32,000 nucleotides of DNA from Candidatus Peribacter riflensis (GTDB lineage: Bacteria > Patescibacteriota > Gracilibacteria > Peribacterales > Peribacteraceae): contig CP013062.1 in assembly GCA_001430755.1 (NCBI GenBank), positions 60,001 through 92,000 on the forward strand. Reading direction: 5' to 3'. This document shows positions 28,063 through 32,000 of this stretch, piece after piece; the stretch's first letter is position 1; each line of letters begins with the position of its first letter. Made by a program: the position numbers and the translations under genes. The notes under the pieces were generated by a model. That model was not told the DNA's origin and ran no database searches. It was given only the letters and a program-made list of their open reading frames with translations.

Positions 28063-28695
28063 CTACTCAATTCGGTATGCGTAGAGGATATCGTCTATCC
28101 ATGATCCATAAAAAAACATGGTTGAAGAATAGAGTTTTTTCTGCCCATTAGAAGCAATATTTCCAAGCCCAATTTCATACCAGTCCCTTCTCCAACGCAT
28201 TCCACTGCTTGGCCATACCTTTTTCCATCCCGTGGAAGACAATTCTCTGTCGTAGAATTGTGCAATTCCCTCAAAAGGTGTTTCATCCTCAAAAGTAATA
28301 GAAAGCATCGGTTCATTGTCAAAACCATCTCCGCCGTTGTACAACTGTTTTTTTTCGATGGAAATGGCGTAGTGTGGCATCAAATTTTCAGCGATTTTTT
28401 CTCGCTGCAATTGCAAATACTGCTGTTTGGCTTTGTGGCTGAATACGGTTAGACCGATGAGTAGCGTGAAGAGAGCGAATGACAGAACAAACCTAAATGG
28501 CGGCAGACGTCCACGCCATCCGAGCAAAGCACCAACTATTACTGATAACAACGGTATCCAGAACAGAACCCACAACAGTATTGGATGCTCGAATGGGAGA
28601 GTAAGTGCAAGAAGCGCTAGGCCGAACCCAAGGAAACCACCAAACACGGCGCTTCTCCTGCGATTTCCTACAGTTCTTGTTACGTTTGGAATCAT
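28063..28695 (-). CDS. 3-TM membrane protein with C-terminal soluble domain
   Basis: 210 aa. Positively charged N-terminus (GNRRRS), three hydrophobic segments, then a ~115-aa domain. Its ATG (28695-28693) overlaps the upstream gene stop (ATGA), suggesting translational coupling. Confidence 0.7.
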   Translation of the reverse strand: MIPNVTRTVGNRRRSAVFGGFLGFGLALLALTLPFEHPILLWVLFWIPLLSVIVGALLGWRGRLPPFRFVLSFALFTLLIGLTVFSHKAKQQYLQLQREKIAENLMPHYAISIEKKQLYNGGDGFDNEPMLSITFEDETPFEGIAQFYDRELSSTGWKKVWPSSGMRWRRDWYEIGLGNIASNGQKKLYSSTMFFYGSWIDDILYAYRIE

Positions 28696-29345
28696 GACCC
28701 GTAAGAAATGAGACTTGAAATATAACGAAGAACGAAGGGTGCCGCATAATTATCGATGGTACTGTGCGTTTGCGAATCCTGTATGCCATCGCAATCAATC
28801 TGTATCATCGGGATTGATCCATTATTATTCATTGCCATGCCATTAAGTGTACCATCTGAGGCGATGCCAACATTTGATTGGTAAATATTTAGCATAGTAC
28901 ATGTGTTTACCGGAATAAATGGTTCCGGGAAACCACAAGCAAGGTTTCCTTGGGTAACTGCATCAACATATGCCGATCCAGTTATCGTGATATTGCCGTG
29001 ATTTTTCGCTATCCATTGACTGAATTTATGCACCATTCCTCCGCCCCAGCTGTAACCAACAAGAATGATATTTGTGAGTTGCGGGTTATTCTGAAGTCTG
29101 GATTCTACGAAGGTTTGCGCATTTTGCAGGGCTTCATCGGCAGTGGGTGACATAATCTCAAACCAAATCAGATCCCAGCACTCGTTCGCTGGCCTCCCGT
29201 TCTTTACGAGATACTCGGCCAGATCCCACGGTGCCCAATTGATGTAGGGCCGGTGCCAGCCAAAGATTGTCATCCAACCATAGACGATCAGAGCTAAGAC
29301 AGTCAGGGCGAGAGTGCCAATGAGGTATGGGGCACGGAATCTCAT
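28692..29345 (-). CDS. chimeric protein: 69-aa anchor module of the Cys-rich family fused to a 5'-truncated lipase-like alpha/beta-hydrolase segment (GYSWG)
   Basis: Residues 1-69 are identical to P3. From residue 70: DEALQNAQTFVESRLQNNPQLTNIILVGYSWGGGMVHKF (GxSxG nucleophile elbow at Ser99), later IDCDG and SQTHSTID. Only ~28 aa precede the nucleophile, so the oxyanion-hole strands seen in the large lipase (VWVVVHG..VATVDW) are missing. Confidence 0.65.
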   Translation of the reverse strand: MRFRAPYLIGTLALTVLALIVYGWMTIFGWHRPYINWAPWDLAEYLVKNGRPANECWDLIWFEIMSPTADEALQNAQTFVESRLQNNPQLTNIILVGYSWGGGMVHKFSQWIAKNHGNITITGSAYVDAVTQGNLACGFPEPFIPVNTCTMLNIYQSNVGIASDGTLNGMAMNNNGSIPMIQIDCDGIQDSQTHSTIDNYAAPFVLRYISSLISYGS

Positions 29346-29373
29346 ACTAGTTTCCTAGGATAGGGGAACCATT
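29138..29373 (-). repeat. 236-bp direct repeat, copy X (234/236 identical to 30601-30836)
   Basis: Hand alignment gives a constant offset of 1463 nt. There are two mismatches, both synonymous on the minus strand (TCA/TCG Ser, CTG/CTA Leu). Confidence 0.95.
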
Positions 29374-30010
29374 ATTTTCTTACGAGTGCACGGACTCCAA
29401 CCAGACAAGCTGACCGGATATTTGCGTTTTCGATCTTCGAGCACGCTTCCATGTTGATTTTTTTCTTTGCCACTTCGTGGTAGCACTGATCGATGAAATC
29501 TCGTGTGGCTACGAGAGAGGAGCAATCCTTCTTTTCGTCATAGAAGGCGATGCGTGCAACTGCACAGCAGGTGTTATTTTGTGTGGCAGCGTCACCATGC
29601 ACACACTGTGCCAATGGAGCAATGATTCCATTGCCTCGGACTTCAGGCGGCTCTTTGAAATCAAACAAGCACGGCTGCTTGTCTGTTGCTGCCCCCAAGC
29701 ATGACCATCCGTAACTGCTCGGCATCAGAAGCTCGCAGGCAGAGGGGTCGTGCGTGAGCTTGGCGTAGATGTAGATGCAGAGCCTTCTTTTTTCGGCCAA
29801 GGAAGGCCCCATAGTCGGCATGGTCTGTTGAAGTTTTCTACAGCGCGTGGGATCACCCTTCTCTGAAGCAATGGCCTGCGCAAGCTCTGAGGGCGAGATA
29901 TCGACGGGATAGCCAATCATCTGGAGCACTAAACCGCGTCCAATGAGAAGGACTATGCCGATGACGGGCAAGGCGGCAACTATGCCGAGAACAAGCAGGA
30001 GCTTCCGCAT
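29372..30010 (-). CDS. membrane-anchored Cys-rich protein, paralogue P2
   Basis: TM anchor LLLVLGIVAALPVIGIVLLIG, 12 Cys. PSELAQAIASEKGDPTRC and RRLCIYIYAKLTHDPSACELLMPSSYGWSCLGA parallel P3. Confidence 0.75.
   Translation of the reverse strand: MRKLLLVLGIVAALPVIGIVLLIGRGLVLQMIGYPVDISPSELAQAIASEKGDPTRCRKLQQTMPTMGPSLAEKRRLCIYIYAKLTHDPSACELLMPSSYGWSCLGAATDKQPCLFDFKEPPEVRGNGIIAPLAQCVHGDAATQNNTCCAVARIAFYDEKKDCSSLVATRDFIDQCYHEVAKKKINMEACSKIENANIRSACLVGVRALVRK
29689..29734 (-). repeat. 46-nt perfect repeat inside P2 (identical to 30493-30538 in P3)
   Basis: ctgcccccaagcatgaccatccgtaactgctcggcatcagaagctc in both genes. It encodes ELLMPSSYGWSCLGA. Confidence 0.9.
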
Positions 30011-30133
30011 GTGACGTGCTTAGGGGAGGTACGATCCGGGGCCAGAGGATGGCGGCTGGATCTCTCTGTACACGATGAATATTGTTACGGGGTGGCCTGT
30101 GAAACGACGCAGAGAGAAAAGCACGAGTGGTTA

Positions 30134-30808
30134 CTATCGAGCGAAAGACCAATTCTGAGAGTATTGCTGCCACGCATTAATTTCCATTTCACAAAGCTTT
30201 CGTTTCTTTTCATTTGGCATCTTGGCACAGAGAGAAGGATCTTTCATTTTAAAGGCATATCGTCTCTCGCAGATTTCCCGCAAGCCAGGCGGATCGGTGG
30301 AGATCTTGTCGCACTCATACACGTTCGGCAACGAAGCAGAACGCTCTTCATGGCACCAATCGCGGAGGATTCGTTGATCATAGGCATTACAATCATCGAT
30401 GCCCAAGTTTGGCGAGAAGACGTTATATGCTCCGCAGTTTATTTTCTCTTTGGTGCTTCCACAGCCAACGCCTTCCCAGAGTTTGCCCTTCACTGCCCCC
30501 AAGCATGACCATCCGTAACTGCTCGGCATCAGAAGCTCACATGCGGAGGGATCTTTGGCGGTTTTGGCGTACGAATAAATGCACGATGCTCTTTGTTCTG
30601 CGGCAGTGGGCGACATAATCTCAAACCAAATCAGATCCCAGCACTCGTTCGCTGGCCTCCCGTTCTTTACGAGATACTCGGCCAGATCCCACGGTGCCCA
30701 ATTGATGTAGGGCCGGTGCCAGCCAAAGATTGTCATCCAACCATAGACGATCAGAGCTAAGACAGTTAGGGCGAGAGTGCCAATGAGGTATGGGGCACGG
30801 AATCTCAT
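30134..30808 (-). CDS. membrane-anchored Cys-rich protein, paralogue P3
   Basis: TM anchor YLIGTLALTVLALIVYGW, 12 Cys. ASCIYSYAKTAKDPSACELLMPSSYGWSCLGA. ATG 30808 lies 1 nt after the stop of the upstream lipase gene. Confidence 0.75.
   Translation of the reverse strand: MRFRAPYLIGTLALTVLALIVYGWMTIFGWHRPYINWAPWDLAEYLVKNGRPANECWDLIWFEIMSPTAAEQRASCIYSYAKTAKDPSACELLMPSSYGWSCLGAVKGKLWEGVGCGSTKEKINCGAYNVFSPNLGIDDCNAYDQRILRDWCHEERSASLPNVYECDKISTDPPGLREICERRYAFKMKDPSLCAKMPNEKKRKLCEMEINAWQQYSQNWSFAR
30493..30538 (-). repeat. 46-nt perfect repeat inside P3 (identical to 29689-29734)
   Basis: See the partner entry at 29689-29734. Confidence 0.9.
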
Positions 30809-30836
30809 ACTAGTTTCCTAGGATAGGGGAACCATT
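30601..30836 (-). repeat. 236-bp direct repeat, copy Y
   Basis: Covers the last 8 sense codons plus stop of the large lipase gene (NGSPILGN*), 1 nt, and codons 1-69 (plus 1 nt) of P3. Confidence 0.95.
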
Positions 30837-32000
30837 TTCATCTTGCGAATAGAACTGGTAGGCGTTTGCTATCCATGCCTGCTTTCCGTTATCCGCTCCA
30901 CTCGTGAATGTCGTCAACGACGGGTTGGCATAGAAGCAGCCTTCCCAATTATTCTCCCGCGCGCTGAATTCCGCAGCATTGGAACGGAGATTGGGCAGGG
31001 AAAATCGGTTTGCTATTACATCGCTAGGATTCTCCTTCTGTCTCCTCAAGAGTCCTGAGAAGAGAGATACGGCAAATCCGTGTTCATTGTAGGCATCGCG
31101 GAGTTCATCGGCAGTTTCAATTCCAAGCGCTGTAAAATAGTGTTGTGAAGCGACCATCTGTGCGGCAGCGGCGTCCCACGATCCCTGTTCGTAATTTTCG
31201 GGAGCGACGATGCTGAAAGCGTACTGCGCCGTGAGTGCGCGATTCCTGTCTCCGAATGTGCTTGAATGGAACGCGTACGAGTTCGCCGCGATGTTGGCGA
31301 ATGAGAAGTTGGGATCCTCGATTCCTTTGTACTTTCCTCCACCCAGCAGCTTGGAATCCGCCGCCGGATCCAGCGCGATCAAGGTCTGTACTCCGCCCGG
31401 TGTCCGCTTGCCAATTTCGTATGCCACGTATGCACCCCAGCTGTGGCCCACGAGGCAGATATTCTGCGTGCTGAAGCCAGCCGCCTGCAATTGATTGGTA
31501 ACCCATGTGCCCACGCTCTCAATCCAGCGTGAACCTTCCAGGCCGATGGGCGTGGCATTATCAGCTGCCCCGTCTCGCCAGTCCACGGTGGCGACTTGTG
31601 CGCCCAATGCATGAAGATTCTTAGTCAATTCCGCGATCTGACTACTCTCTTCACTATTCCCTCTCCCATGCACCACCACCCAGACGGGCTTGGAGGGATC
31701 GAGTTCTGACACTTTGTTGTAGTCAGTGATTCGTTGTCCGTTTTCAAACTCCGCCACACTCATGCTCACCGGCATTGCCACATCCCTCCCTTCGATACTG
31801 ACCATCCCCTCAATCTTCTGCGACCGATAGGGTTTGATTTCATACTGCACCGAAGTTGCAGAAGGCGCACAGTCAAATGTTGAATCGTCCCTCACGGTGA
31901 TCGTATATGTCCCCGGGAGCAGTGCGAGACTGACAGATTCCGCCGAGGCCACGGACTTGCCGGATGTGTAGGGTCCGACGGTGTGCCCGTCCACAGTAGT
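30810..32000 (-). CDS. lipase-family alpha/beta hydrolase domain protein (5' end beyond the right edge of the window)
   Basis: KPVWVVVHGRGNS, VATVDW, ICLVGHSWGAYVAYEIG (GHSxG), TLIALDPA and AFHSSTFG follow the pancreatic-lipase-family order GHSLGAH...LDPA...H. The track start 31994 is a GTG, and the two codons upstream of it (to position 32000) are sense codons, so the gene probably continues upstream. Confidence 0.8.
   Translation of the reverse strand, partial: TTVDGHTVGPYTSGKSVASAESVSLALLPGTYTITVRDDSTFDCAPSATSVQYEIKPYRSQKIEGMVSIEGRDVAMPVSMSVAEFENGQRITDYNKVSELDPSKPVWVVVHGRGNSEESSQIAELTKNLHALGAQVATVDWRDGAADNATPIGLEGSRWIESVGTWVTNQLQAAGFSTQNICLVGHSWGAYVAYEIGKRTPGGVQTLIALDPAADSKLLGGGKYKGIEDPNFSFANIAANSYAFHSSTFGDRNRALTAQYAFSIVAPENYEQGSWDAAAAQMVASQHYFTALGIETADELRDAYNEHGFAVSLFSGLLRRQKENPSDVIANRFSLPNLRSNAAEFSARENNWEGCFYANPSLTTFTSGADNGKQAWIANAYQFYSQDENGSPILGN

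Noticed and set aside
29138-30836. 236-bp repeat pair considered as a DGR template/variable repeat
   Set aside because: There are only two mismatches, both transitions, both synonymous and not adenine-specific. There is no reverse transcriptase in the window.

Overview
32-kb bacterial window with no rRNA, tRNA, CRISPR array, transposase or integrase that I can see. All calls rest on hand-read motifs; no database search was possible. About 31 protein genes are supported, and most of the sequence is GC-rich (hand counts of single 60-nt lines give about 53-68 % GC). From left to right: (1) a minus-strand envelope block with a partial GT4-like glycosyltransferase missing from the ORF track, a 1265-aa membrane-anchored split FAD oxidoreductase, a polytopic GT-C-like membrane protein, a J-like-domain membrane protein and ligA; (2) a plus-strand operon behind a near-consensus sigma70-type promoter, GT2-rfbF-rfbG-pilT; (3) a TrmB-type regulator fused to two transmembrane-bounded sensor domains; (4) a low-GC island (about 33-40 % GC, ~18240-21600) carrying a deoxyhypusine-synthase-like gene, an AdoMetDC-like gene, a pilin-like gene and the sensor half of an orphan histidine kinase; (5) an ABC-2 transporter operon, a second AdoMetDC-like gene and a small SpoT-type HD hydrolase; (6) a lower-GC minus-strand cluster of secreted or membrane-anchored proteins: a lipoprotein, three Cys-rich paralogues, two lipase-like alpha/beta hydrolases and a 3-TM protein. 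The observations most worth follow-up are these. (a) A ~95-120-nt two-hairpin element occurs in three copies (15285-15376, 22413-22530, 26555-26676), and its stems change by compensatory substitutions between copies. Two of the copies form an inverted pair around a 4-kb cassette. (b) A 236-bp direct repeat (234/236 identical) has grafted the last 8 sense codons plus stop of the large lipase gene and the first 69 codons of a Cys-rich gene onto a 5'-truncated lipase-like gene. That gene overlaps a membrane-protein gene by ATGA. (c) One extracytoplasmic sensor domain occurs three times, twice in the TrmB fusion and once in the kinase, and the low-GC island boundaries fall inside these genes. (d) Two divergent AdoMetDC-fold paralogues have T-S instead of E-S at the self-cleavage site, and one sits next to the deoxyhypusine-synthase-like gene.
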